Assembly: GCA_009914755.4 (NCBI GenBank)
Contig: CP068257.2
Span: forward strand, 16,224,001 to 16,288,000
Direction: 5' to 3'
Source: the human T2T-CHM13v2.0 reference genome, Homo sapiens
DNA length: 64,000 nt
Position numbers and translations under genes: made by a program. Below, piece after piece: positions 28,681 through 42,131 of the stretch; within the stretch, counting starts at the first letter, position 1, and every line of letters begins with the position of its first letter. The notes below the pieces were generated by a model that saw nothing but the letters and a program-made list of their open reading frames with translations, ran no database searches and was not told the origin of the DNA.

Positions 28681-30711
28681 CAATGATTGCATTAGCTGAA
28701 TCTCCAGTTGGTTGCTCATTGATTCATTTAACGTATATTATTGGACCACTTCTCATGTTCAATACCATAATCCTATTGATTTTCCAAAGCAATGTCACTA
28801 TCAATTTAAAGCACATGAATAAATTTATTATAATAGAGCATAGCCATTTTGGACAAATGTTTAAAAAACTTTTTATTTAGAAGAATTTCAAGGTAACACT
28901 TGTGAGAACAGCACAAAGAACACTTGTATGCTCTTCACCCACATTCACCTACATTTTGTTCCATCGGCTTCATCTCTTGTTCTTTCTTCACGTATACACA
29001 TATTTTTCATATTTTTCTGAACCTGATCACTGTATAAAAACAAGGACACTCACCTACACAACAGCAGTACAGTTGTCAAACTAAAGGAAATTTCTCACAT
29101 CTATTCAATCGACTGTGTGTATTCCAGTTTATGAATTGACCCCAACCTGTCCTTCATAACATTTTTTTCTCACTTATAGAGTAGCCCAGTCTAGGAGCAT
29201 GCACTGATTTTAATGGTTGTATCTTTTTAGTCTCCCTTAATCTTTGTCTTTACCTTTAATTTCTGTCTTTTGTGACATTGACATTTTAAAAGAATACAGT
29301 CCTATCTTTCTAATAGAATGTTTTTCATTTTGGCTTTGTCTCATTTGTCAGCATTGGAGTTGGGATATGGATTCTTTTTAAAAATCTTTTTATTGAAGTA
29401 CAATAAGCAAACATTTTGAACCAAAACTTTGATAGCTCATTGAACAAGGGTGAGGGATTGAGGTATCCAATTGTAGTTGTTTCATTGCTAGGTTATGAGG
29501 TAGATGCCATTTCTTCTTCTTTTAAAAAAATTTTAAAAACCAGAACATTTATTGCGTGACTAATCATTGAAATTCTTAAGATGAACTGGATGCTGCAACA
29601 GTTGTCTTTCTGGATTTAGCTGTTGTTCCTTCACGGAATCTATGGCTGAATCTGCAGTACCCAATTTTTAGGTGCCTCACTTCACCAGTCCCAGTGGTAT
29701 TTTGTCTTTTAGACTTGACACTCGAGTTATACTTCCTCTTGCACTTGGCAGAGTAGCCACATTTGCCACAGGTCACTTCTGAAGGTGGTAGGCCTTAGAC
29801 CCACAGCAGGGACACAGTATGTGCATCTTATTGTGGGGCTTTCCAAACTATGACATTCCCTTTGTCATCTCGCTTCTGTGGCTAAGACCAAAGAGCAGTA
29901 GATGCAATTTCTTGTTTTCTTTTTAATTTTTCCATAAGTTATTGGGATGCAGGTGGTGTTTGGTTATATGAGTAAGTTCTTTAGTGAGATTTTGATGCAC
30001 CCATTACCTGAGTAGTATACACTGCACCCAATTCATGGTCTTTTATCCCTCATCCCCTTCCCACTCTTTCCCCCTGAGTCCCCAAAGTCCATCGTGTCAT
30101 TCTTATGCCTTTGGATCGTCAAAACTTAGCTCCCACATATCAGTGAGAACATACAATGTTTGGTTTTCCATTCCCGAGTTACTTCACTTAGAATAATAGT
30201 ACTCGATCTCATCCAGGTCTCTGCAAATGCCATTAATTCATTCCTTTTTATGGCTGAGTAGTATTCCACTGTATAAATATACCAAAGTTTCTTTATCCGC
30301 TCGTTGATTGATAGGCATTTGGGTTGGTTCCATGATTTTGCAGTTGCAAATTGTGCTGCTATAAATATGCATGTGGAAGTATCTTTTTTGTATAATGACT
30401 TATTTTCCTCAGGGTAGATATCCAGTAGTACGATTGCTGGATCAAATGGTAGTTCTACTTTTAGTTCTTTAAGGAATCTCCACACTATTTTCCATAGTGG
30501 CTGTGGTATACTTTACATTCCCACTTGCAGTGTAGAAGTTCCCTGTTCACCACATCCATGCCAACATCTACTGTTTTTGTTTTTGTTTTTTTTAATGGCC
30601 ATTCTTGCTGGAGTAAGGTGGTATCCCATTGTGGTTTTGATTTGCGTTTCTCTGATCATTAGTGATATTGAGCATTTTTTCATATATTTGTTGGCCATTC
30701 GTATATCTTCT

Positions 30712-31006
30712 TCTTTTTTTTTTTTGAGACAGAGTCTTGCTCTGTCGCCCAGGCTGGAGTGCAGTGGCGCAATCTCGGCTCACTGTAAGCAACACCTGCC
30801 GGGTTCACACCATTCTCCTGTCTCAGCCTCCTGAGTACCTGGGACTACAGGCGCCCGCCACCACGCCCGGCTAAGGTTTTGTATTTTTAGTAGAGATGGG
30901 GTTTTACTGTGTTAGCCAGGATGGGCTCGATCTCCTGACCTCATGATCTGCCTGCCTCAGTCTCTCAAAGTGCTAGGATTACAGGCATGAGCCACCACGC
31001 CCAGCC
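30712..31006 (-). mobile_element. Alu (AluS/Y-like) nested in the L1 ORF2 region, antisense
   Basis: Poly-T then gagacagagtcttgctctgtcgcccaggctggagtgcagtggcgcaatctcggctcactg ... gcatgagccaccacgcccagcc. A 13-bp TSD (c/t)gtatatcttctt sits at 30700-30712 and 31007-31019, and L1 sequence resumes directly after it. Confidence 0.9.
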
Positions 31007-34000
31007 TGTATATCTTCTTTTGAGAATTGTCTATTCATGTCCTTAGCCCACTTTTTGATGGGACTGTTTGTTTTTTTCTTACTGATTTGTTTGAGTTTGT
31101 TGTAGATTCTGCGTATTAGTCCTTTGTCAGATGTATAGATTGTGAAGATCTTCTCCCACTCTGTGGGTTGTCTGTGTACTCTGTTGACTGTTCCTTTTGC
31201 TGTGCAAAAGCTCTTTAGTTTAATTAAGTTCCAACTATTTATCTTTGTTTTTATTGCATTTACTTTTGGGTTCTTGGTCATGAAATCCTTGCCTAAGCCA
31301 ATGTCTAGAAGGGTTTTCCAATGTTATCTTGTAGAATTTTTACCATTTCATGTTTTAGATTTAAGTCCTTAATCCATCTTGAGTTGAGGATCCAGTTTCA
31401 TTCTCCTACACATGGCTAGCCAATTATTCCAGCACCATTTGTTGAAAAGGGTGTCCTTTCCCCACTTTATGTTTTTGTTTGCTTTGTGGAAGGTCAGTTG
31501 GCTGTGTTTGAGTTTATTTCTGGGTTCTCTATTCTGTTCCATTGGTCTATGTGCCTATTTTTATACCAGTACTATGCTGTTTCGGTGACTATGGGCTTGT
31601 AGTATAGTTTGAAATCAGGTAGTGTGATGCCTCCAGATTTGTTCTTTTTGCCTAGTGTTGCTTTGGCTATGAGGGCCTTTTTTGGTTCCATATGAATTTT
31701 AGAATTGTTTTTTTCTAATTCTGTGAAGAATGATGGTGGTATTTTGATGAGGATTGTGTTGAATTTGTAAACTGCTTCTGGCAGTATGGTCATTTTCACA
31801 ATATTGATTCTATCCATCTATGAGCATGGGATATATTTCCATTTGTTTGCATTGTCTATGATTTCTTTCAGCAGTGTTTTGAATTTTTCCTTGTAGAGGT
31901 CTTTCACCTCATTGGTTAGGTAGATTCCCAAGTATTTTTTTTTTTTCAGCTATTGTAAAAGGGGTTGAATTCTTCATTTGATTCTCCACTTGGTTTGTGT
32001 TGCTGTATAGAAGAGCTACTGATTTGTGTATGTTAATTTTGTATTCAGAAACTTTGCTGAATTATTTTATCAGTCCTAGGAACTTTCTGGAGGAGTCTTA
32101 ATAATGTTTTCTAGGTAAATGATCATACTGTCAGCAAACAGTGACAGTTTGACTTCCTCTTTACTGATTTGGATGCCCTTTATTTCTTTCTCTTGTCTGA
32201 TTGCTCTGGCTAGGATTTCCAGTACTGTGTTGAAGAGGAGTGGTGAGTGAGAGTGGACATCCTTGTCTTGTTCCAGTTCTCGGAGGGAATCCTTTCAACT
32301 TTTCCCCATTCAGTACTATGTTGGCTGTGGGTTTGTCATAGATGGCTTTTATTACATTTAGGTATGATGTCCCTTGTATGCTGATTTTGCTGAGAGTTTT
32401 AATCATAAAGTGATGCTGGATTTTGTACAATGCTTTTTCTGCATCTATTGAGATGAGTATGTGATTTTTGTTTTTAATTTTGTTTGTGTGGCGTATCACA
32501 TTTATTGACTTGCGTATGTTAAACCATTCCTGTTTCTCTGGTATGAAACCCACTTGATCATGGTGGATTATCTTTCTGACATGTTGTTGGGTTCAGTTAG
32601 CTAGTATTTAGTTAAGGATTTTAACATCTAAGTTCATCAAGGATATTGGTCTGTAGTTTTCTTTTTGGTTATGTCCTTTCCTGGTTTTGGTATTAGGGTT
32701 ATGCTGGCTTCATAGAATGAATTTGGGTGGGTTCCTTCTTTCTTTATCTTATGGAATAGTGTCAATAGGACTGGAACCAACTCTTCTTTGGTAGAATTCT
32801 GCTGTGAATCCGTCTGGTCCTGGACTTTTTTGTGTTGGTAATTTTTTAATTACCATTTCAGTCTCACTGCTTGTTATTGGTCTGTTCAGGGTATCTAATT
32901 CTTCCTGATTTAAGCTAGGGGGTTGTGTTTTTTTTAGGATTATCCATCTCTTCTAGGTTTGCTAGTTTATGTGTGTAAGGATGTTCATAGTAGCCTTGAA
33001 TAATCTTTTGTATTTCTGTGGTGTCTGTTGTAATATCTCCTGTTTTGTTTCTTAATGAGGTTATTTGGATTTTCTTTCTTCTTTTCTTGGGTTAATCTTG
33101 TTAATGGTCTATCAATTTTATTTATCTTTTCAAGGAAGCAGCTTTTTGTTTCATTTATCTTTTGATATTCTTTCTGTTTGTTTCAATTTCAGTTAGCTCT
33201 GCTCTGATCTTGGTTGTTTCCTTTTCTGCTGGGTTTGGGTTTGGTTTGTTCTTGTTTCTCTTATTCCTTGAGGTATGGCCTTAGAGTGTCAGTTTGTACT
33301 CTTTCTTTTTGATGTAGGCATGTAGGCCTATTAACTTTCCTCTTAGCACTGCCTTTGCCATATCCCAGAGGTTTTGATAGGTTGTATCATTATTGTTGTT
33401 CAGTTTGAAGAATTTTTTAATTTCCATTTGGATTTTGTTTTTGACCCAAAGTTCATTCAGGAGCAGGTTATTTAATTTCCATGTATTTGCATGGTTTCAA
33501 AAGTTCCTTTTGGAGATGATTTCCAATTTTATTACACTGTGGTCTGAGAGTGATTGATATAATTTCAAGTTTCTTAATTTTACTGAGGCTCCTTTTTCGG
33601 CTTATCATACAGTCTATCTTGGAGAAAGTTCCATGCGCTATTGAATAGAATGTGTATTCTGCAGTTGTTGGATGAAATGTTCTGTATATATCTGTTAAGT
33701 CCATTTGTTCCAAGATATAGTTTAAATCCATTGTTTCTTTGTTGACTTTCTGGCTTGATGCCCTGTCTAGTGCTGTCACTGGAGTATTGATGTCCCCACT
33801 ATTATTGTGTTGCTTTATATCTCATTTCCTAGGTCTATTAGTAATTGTTTTATAAATTTGGGAGCTCCAGTGTTAGGTGCATATATGTTTAGGCTTGTGA
33901 TATTTTCCTGTTGGACAAGGCCTTTTACCATTATATAATGTCCCTCTTTGTCACTTTTAACTGCTGTTGCTTTAAAGTTTGTTTTGTCTGATATAAGAAT

Positions 34001-35057
34001 AGCTACCCCTACTTGCTTTTGTTGTTCTTTTGCATGAAATGCCTTTTTCACCTCTTTAATTTAAGTTTATGTGAGTCCTTATGTGTCAGGTGAGTCTCTG
34101 GAAGGCAGCAGATGGCTGGTGAGTTCTTATCCATTCTGCAGTTCTGTATCTTTTAAGTGGAGCACTTAGGCCATTTACACTCAATGTTAGTATTGAGATG
34201 TGAGGTACCATTGCTTTCATCTTGCTATTTGTTGCCTTTGTACCTTGTTTTTTGTTTTCACTTTTCCACTTGTATTTTTGTTTTATAGGTCCTGTGTGAT
34301 TTATGCTTTAAAGAGGTTCTATTTAATGTGTTTCCAGGATTCATTTCAAGATTTAGAGCTACTTTTAGCAGTTCTTGTAGTGGTGGCTTGGAAGTGGCAA
34401 ATTCTCTCAGCATTTGTTTGTTTGAAAAAGACTGTATCTTTCCTTCATATATGATGCTTAGTTTTGCTGGATACAAGATTCTTGGCTGATAATTGTTTTG
34501 TTTGAGGAGGCTGAAGATAGGGCCCCAATCCCTTCTAGCTTTTAGGGTTTCTGCTGAGAAATCTGCTGTTAATCTGATAGGTTTTCCTTTATAGGTTACC
34601 TGGTGCTTCTGTCTCACAGCTCTTAAGATTCTTTCCTTTGTCTTAACTTTAGATAACCCGATGACAATGGGCCTAGGTGGTGATCTTTTTGTGATGAAGT
34701 TCCCAAGTGTTCTTTGTGCTTCTTGTATTTCGATGTCTAGATCTCTAGCAAGGCTGGGGAAGTTTTCCCTGATTATTCTGCAAAATATGTTTTCTAAACT
34801 TTTAGATTTCTTGTCTTCCTTAGGAACAGCAACTATTCTTAGGTTTAGTTGTTTAACATAATCCCAAACTTCCTGGAGGCTTTGTTCATATTTTCTTATT
34901 CTTTGTTCGTTGGATTTGGTTAATTCAAAGACCTTATTTTCGAGCTCTGAAGTTCAGAGCATTTTGCATTTCTATAAGTGTATCCAATGTTTTCTGAATT
35001 TTTTATTGTTTTTTCTTTATGCTATCTAGTTCCTTGGATATGTCTCCCTTCACTTCG

Positions 35058-35469
35058 TTCACTCGCGTCTGTGTGAAGAGACCACCAAACAGGCTTTGTG
35101 TGAGCAACAAGGCTGTTTATTGCACCTGGGTGCAGGCAGGCTGAGTCTGAAAAGAGAGTCAGCGAAGGGAGATAGGGGTAGGGCCATTTTATAAGATTTG
35201 GGTAGATAAAGGAAAATTACAGTCAAAGGGGGGTTGTTCTCTGGCGGGCAGGAGTGGGGGTCACAAGGTGCTCAGTGGGGGAGCTTTTGAGTCAGATGAG
35301 CCAGGAGAAGGAATTTCACAAGATAATGCCATCAGTTAAGGCAGGAACAGGCCATTTTCACTTCTTTTGTGGTGGAATGTCATCAGTTAAGGCAGGAACC
35401 GGCCATCTGGATGTGTACGTGCAGGTCAAAGGGGATATGATGGCTTAGCTTGGGCTCAGAGGCCTGACA
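35058..35469 (-). mobile_element. Solo LTR7-family LTR (HERV-H LTR), antisense, nested inside L1 ORF1
   Basis: Reverse complement of the LTR7 consensus as I recall it: ...gtgaagagaccaccaaacaggctttgtgtgagcaa...cacctgggtgcaggc.ggctgagtc.gaaaagagagtcagcgaagggagatagggg...cattttcacttcttttgtg...gtcatcagttaaggcaggaac.ggccat...gcttgggctcagaggcctgaca. It contains the characteristic internal duplication of tcatcagttaaggcaggaac. It is flanked by the 5-bp direct repeat acttc at 35052-35056 and 35470-35474, and L1 ORF1 sequence continues on both sides. Confidence 0.75.
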
Positions 35470-37407
35470 ACTTCTTTTATCAGTTTTTGGATTTCCTTGC
35501 ATTGGTCTTTCCCTTTCTCTGGTGCCTCCCTGATTAGCTTAATAACTGATCTCCTGAATTCTTTTTCATGTAAATCAGGGATTTCTTCTTGGTTGGGATC
35601 CATTGCTGGTAAACTAATGTGATTTTTTAGGGGTGTTAAAGAGCCTTGTTTTGTCATATTACCAGAGTTGATTTTCTGGTTTCTTCTCTTTTGGGTAGCC
35701 TCTGTCAGAGGGAAGATCTAGGGCTGAAGGCTGTTGTTCAGATTCTTTTGTCCCACAAGGTGTTCCCTCGATGTAGTACTCTCCGCCTTTTCCTATGCAT
35801 GTGGCTTCCTGTGAGCCAATCTGCAATGATTGCTGTCTTTCTTTTGTGTCTAGCCAGCCAGTGAGTCTACAGGGCTCCAGTCTGGTACAGGGGGTTGTCT
35901 GCACAGAGTCCTGCGATGTGAACTGTTTATGGGTCTCTCAGCCGTGGATCCCAGCACCTGTTTCCAGTGGAGGTGGCAGGGGTGTGAAATGGACTCTGTG
36001 AGGGTTCTTAGCCTTGGTGGTTTAATGGTCTATTTTTGTGCTGGTTGGCCTCCTGCCAGGAGGTGGCGCTTTCCAGAGAGCATCAGCTGTGGTAGTGTGG
36101 AGAGGAACCGGCAGTGGGTGCGGCCCCAGAACTCCCAAGATTATATCTCCTTTGTCTTCTGCTACCAGGGTGGGTAGGGAAGGGCCATCAGGTTGGGGTG
36201 GGGCTAGGGGGTGTCTGAGTTCAGACTCTCTTTGTGTGGGTCTTGCTGCAGCTGCTGTGGGGGATGGGCATGACATTCCCAAGTCAATGGGGTTGTGTAC
36301 CTAGGAGGATTATGGCTGCCTCTGCTGAGTCATGCAGGTTGTCAGGGAAGTCGGGGAAGCTGGCAGTCACAGGCCTCACCCACCTCCCATGCAAACTGAA
36401 GGGTCAGTCTCACTCCCACCATTGCCCCCCAAACAGCCTTGAGTCTGTTTCCAGGTGGTGGGTAAGCTGAGCTTGAGAACTTGCCCCAGGCTACCCACCT
36501 CCCAGCTGGGAACGAAAAGGGCTTGGTTCTTCCCCCACCTGTGGGAGTGTGCGCACGGGATTCATGCCCTCCCCCCAGTTCTGGCCAGGAGGCTTCTCAC
36601 ATGGTTCCAATTGTTAAAAAATTCAGCTGGAGATTTCCTTCTCCCTGTGGTGTTTTTCCCCCGCTCCTCTGGCTGCCTTCCTGATGGATCTCTGTGGTCC
36701 CAGGCAGGAATGGCCTGCTTGGGGACCCAGCGAGCTCCCAAGGCCTTTCCTGCTGCTTCCTCTATCCCTGTGTTTTGCTTGGCTCTCTAAATTGACTCAG
36801 CTCCAGGTAAGGTTGGAAACTTCTCCCACAAACAGACCTTCAGTTTCTCCAGTGGGGGTGTGTGTTTGGGAGAGGAGGGTCTCCCTTTCCCACTTTTGCA
36901 GTTGGGGCACTCACAGTATTTGAGGCATCTCCCAGGTCCTGCAGGAGCAGTCGGCTTCCTTCAGAGGGGCTGTGGGTCCTCTCGGTATTTCTGGTTTGTT
37001 CTTGTAGTCGATCTGGGGCTAAAATTCACAGTGCCAGCCTCAGCATGCTGCTCTGTCGGAGTCAAAGCTACAGCCTAGTCCTGCCTCCCTTCTGCCATGA
37101 GCTCCTCATTTTCTCAGTAGATGCAATTTCGAACAGCAATAACAACATTGTAGTTTTTTACAACAAGCATAAATGATTGTACTTTTGGGCAGCGGAATTT
37201 TATGTAAAATGAGGAAATGGGTGGTTTCCAGCCTGCTTGCCTCTTGGTGGTGACTCGCAGCTTTCAGCATTTAGAATCTCTTGCTACTCATTGCTTTCAG
37301 GATGCCACAGATTCTCTTTTGTCTGGAGAAATGTATGTGATAACCTGGCACTCACGCCTTGGTGTCTAGGTAGGTATATTAACCTACCAAGGATGTATGC
37401 ATTTTAG

Positions 37408-37959
<552 letters not shown>

Positions 37960-39317
37960 TTAACATCTACGGTCGGTTGATTTTAAGTAAAAGATACTAA
38001 CTTTCATAATGTGGGTGGGCCTCATCCCAACAGATGAAGTCCTTCAGAGCAAAAAACAGGTTTCACTGAAAAGAAAATCTGCCTGAAGACCATAGCATCC
38101 TCTCCTGACTGCATTTCCAGCCTGCTTGTCTGTCTCTACAAGTTTCAGACTTGCCAGCCCGCATAATTTCATGAGCCAATTCCTTAGAATAAATCTTTTA
38201 ATGTACACACTCACACACACACATCCAAATGCTTCTATGTCTCTGGAGAATCCTGACTGATATATAAACAACTGCACAGGCAGGCAGTTGTTTTTGTATT
38301 CCTCGAATCATGCCTCACTGTGGTCATTACTAGCACAATGCTTTGAATATGAGAAGTGTTTAAATAATATATATTAAACGGATCAATGAGTAACTAACTG
38401 GAGATTAACCTAATATGAAAGTTAGTATTGAGGCTTTAAAGTAAAAAATAAATTTTAGCCTTGTGATCATATTTCTCCATAATATTGAAAGCCTTTATTG
38501 GGACTCGAATGGTTTCCTGTTTATCATCAAGTAATGATGGAGGTTTGCTCTTAATTCTGTATTGAGTAAATACATGTCCCATATAAAATTTTTTGCTGCC
38601 CTCTGGTGGATATAGTTCAATAAATAAACATTATACAATTATATATCAAATTCCATATATTAAGCAGTTTCTCATTTGTGTATGTTCCCAAAGTTGCTTT
38701 CTCAGTTTAGAAATTGGAATGCATTTTTCACATCAGAAGAGAGGTTAGTATCTCAGATCTGCTTGTAAATCCCTATTATAATAAATGGTACTTAAAATAT
38801 GGCACAAAAAATAGTGTAGAGCCTAACAAGTAGGTAGTTGCAATGATTTCATGAGGAAATCCATTGAAAGTGATCACTTGGGAACACAGTTAGCCATCTT
38901 CCCTGCTGTGGCCTTGATTACTGAGGAAGGCGAAGTGGAATTTCCTGGATCCCATCCCTGGGGGTGCTTCTATGGCCTGCCATGGGGTGTGTGTATTGGG
39001 AGGTGGGGGTGGGAGGATGGTGAAGGACAGAATCGAAAGCTTTCCAGGAATGGGGTGAGGCTTGGGGGTGTAGTGAAAGGGAATGAGGCAGAGCATAGCC
39101 CGGAGGAACAGAAGTAGCTGAGTTCTAAAGAAATGAAAGATCTGGAAATAAAATACATATGGGACTGAAGGGACAAGAGTGACACTAAAGACAGGCAGAG
39201 AGGAGTGAAGAACAGTGGTAAAGAGTGTCCTGTGCCCGCTCACAAGAGCCAATTGTTAAATTTTCAAGAATTTTGTGAGCCACTTATTAAACACAGACAT
39301 TATTAAAAACTAAGTCA

Positions 39318-39612
<295 letters not shown>

Positions 39613-40844
39613 AAATTAGTCGTATAAACTTACAATGAAGTAAACTGTCTTTAAAACTAAACTAATATGTACTCAAGACTCACCGCTTCCTAAGTATTTT
39701 ACTATTTAGTAAAGTCACCTTTTGAGATGATTTACGTTTTGCATTCATATGGTGGGAATATTCCACAATGATGTGTTGTCCAGCATCTCTCCCCAGCTCT
39801 GCATTCCGAGATATCAGTAACTTCTTGTTGGTTACAGTGTGAATACTTTTGCCAAGAAAACTGAAAAATGCTACAAATCAAATCAGCTCTCCTCTATCCC
39901 CAAGAGCTGAATGTTAAACAGTTGCCAGCATTCCACTGGGTAAGGACATCTCTTCAGTAACAAAAGAAGGTTTTCTTTCTTTTTTAAAAAATAGTTTCAC
40001 TACCTGTGCTAGATTGGTGTTCTAGTTCATTTATTCATTAAATAAAAAATATTATTTTTTGATTCTCTACTTGTTAGGAGATAATTTTCCATGGGTTTCT
40101 TATGTTTCTGCATACCTTATAAGAAAGACACAGATTACCCTTTGTCCCAGAAAATCTTTTCAGTGATGTTCATACAGTGAATGGCCTTGGAAGCTAGGGA
40201 TTGGGTCTCCCTTTGGAGCAAAGGGCAGACATGCTTGCTGCCCATTATAAAATTTTTGCATCCCCTAAACTCAGCATTCCTCTCCTGTATCACAACCCAC
40301 TATGTATTCAGGTATCTTTCGGTTCTTTTGTGTCACCCTGTAGACTTGGGCCTCGAGATACTGTCCCCAAAATGCCAAAATCCTGGCTGTTGCTATTGTT
40401 GTGATTAATAAGCTGTTCTTCTTCTCTGACCCTGAGTCTCCTGTCTTCTACTGGCATCAATGAAACTGTAGCAGGCAAACTTATTGGCTTGTGAGTAGGG
40501 CAAAATTCAGTCCCTTCCCAGTTCTTTACAGTATTATGTGTCAGGCAGTGAGCAAGGAACTGAAATGCAGGGGTGAGTACGGCAAAAAGATCCTTGTGGA
40601 GCTCAATATGTCTTGTAGGATTATAAACAAAAAGCATTAAAAATAAATGATGAATATTTAAAATTTATATTAGGATAAGAATTAAGAAAGAGTAGAACAG
40701 TGGTGCGATAGAGTAATGGAGCTGTCTAGAGGGAAATCTGCATGAGTTGTTGGGGAAGGTCTCTCTGGTAGGTGGTTAAGCCAGGAGAAAGAAGTTACGG
40801 CTGAAGAGTGAAGAGAGGGAGTATGTAAAAATACCATAAAGGAG

Positions 40845-40978
40845 GCCAGCCAGGTGCGAAGGCTCTCGCCTGTAATCCCAGCACTTTGGGAGGCCAAAGG
40901 CAGGAGGATGGCTTGAGCCCAGGTGTTACAGACCAGCCTGGGTAACATAGTGAGACCCTCTCTCTACAAAAAAAAAAA
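40845..40978 (+). mobile_element. Free left Alu monomer (FLAM-like, about 130 bp) with poly-A
   Basis: ggccagccaggtgcgaaggctctcgcctgtaatcccagcactttgggaggccaaaggcaggaggatggcttgagcccaggtgttacagaccagcctgggtaacatagtgagaccctctctctacaaaaaaaaaaa. There is no right monomer. Confidence 0.75.
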
Positions 40979-41768
40979 GGAGTCATGAAGTAGCATTTTT
41001 TGGTTGATTAATAAAGGGGATTTTTTTTTATGGGAAAAGATATGTTTTCTTCCATTTTCCTCTTTTCATTAAGGTAAATACGTGGGAGGGGAGGTTTCCA
41101 GACAGTGTGATAGAAATGGCAGGAGATTGCACTTTTCCTGCATTGGAATCACATGAAATTCCAAATATTGTATAAAGACTTGTGATTTGAGGAAATCCCT
41201 GGAAATAACACTTGGGGGCTGAATAAGAGTAGTATTAGTACAGACGGTGGAAGGCAGCGAGGAGGACAGAAAACGTGGCTGTAGTGAGAGGAATGAAATG
41301 ACTGTCTTTGTACCCTCCCTGAGCAGTGCTCCCAAGGTGAGAGCTGATGAACTGGGGATGGATTGCCTGGAGTTTTAATGTTTTCTGTCAACGTTAGGTA
41401 GCAAAATCCACGGAGTATGATTCCAACAAACAATTGAGAGTTAGAGTGAAGTGAAGCTACCTAAAGGACAGAGAAAAAGGGTTTGGAAACTCAGTTCCTG
41501 ACTCTTGATTGCTCTATGACCTCTCTGATATCTTTATTAGGTATGGCACTTTCTTATAAGAGGTTGCTGTAACTACCCTACTGAAGATCTGAGATGGGAA
41601 AGCAAAGGCAGAACAGCAAACTATAAAAGTCCCCTTCTTACATCTTCCACCAATGTGGCGTTTGAATACTTCTGTGAATTTTTAGAAATATGGGTTAGAA
41701 GTTACACTCAAGGCAATTTAAAAGTAATATTTTTTACACTTCCTAGAAGTTACAGTCTAGTCAATTTA

Positions 41769-42131
<363 letters not shown>

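Larger units (their letters stand above)
29885..37150 (-). mobile_element. Near full-length old L1 (L1PA-old/L1PB-like), antisense: 3'UTR, ORF2, ORF1 and 5'UTR, carrying a nested Alu (30712-31006) and a nested solo LTR7 (35058-35469)
   Basis: Reading the minus strand from the high-coordinate end to the low end, the order is 5'UTR, ORF1, ORF2, 3'UTR. The ORF1 N-terminus is at 35445-35657 (MDPNQEEIPDLHEKEFRRSVIKLIREAPEKGKDQ...). The ORF1 C-terminus is at 34258-34617 (...YKGKPIRLTADFSAETLKARRDWGPIFSLLKQNNYQPRILYPAKLSIIYEGKIQSFSNKQMLREF...). ORF2 pieces are at 33815-34051 (endonuclease region ...ITSLNIYAPNTGAPKFIKQLL), 33468-33779, 32161-32553 (RT, ...SIDAEKA...) and 30126-30485 (C-terminal, ...LYKKDTSTCIFIAAQFATAKSWNQPKCLSINERIKKLWYIY...). 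The 3'UTR reverse complement is at 29885-30120. The GC-rich 35660-37150 block is the antisense 5'UTR. Confidence 0.8.

Noticed and set aside
35254-35448. ORF MGVTRCSV...SVKAGTGHFHFFCGGMSSVKAGTGH... with an internal repeat. It could be read as a repeat-containing peptide or a spacer/repeat array.
   Set aside because: It is the consensus internal tandem duplication (tcatcagttaaggcaggaac.ggccat x2) of the LTR7 U3 region read on the wrong strand. It is not a CRISPR-like array, and this is eukaryotic DNA.
35929-37176. Cluster of overlapping 70-110-aa plus-strand ORFs in a GC-rich block. It could be taken for a CpG-island promoter or gene.
   Set aside because: This block is the antisense 5'UTR of the old L1 whose ORF1 N-terminus ends at about 35657. 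High GC without stop codons explains the ORFs. CpG content is decayed (few cg dinucleotides), so it is not a bona fide CpG island.
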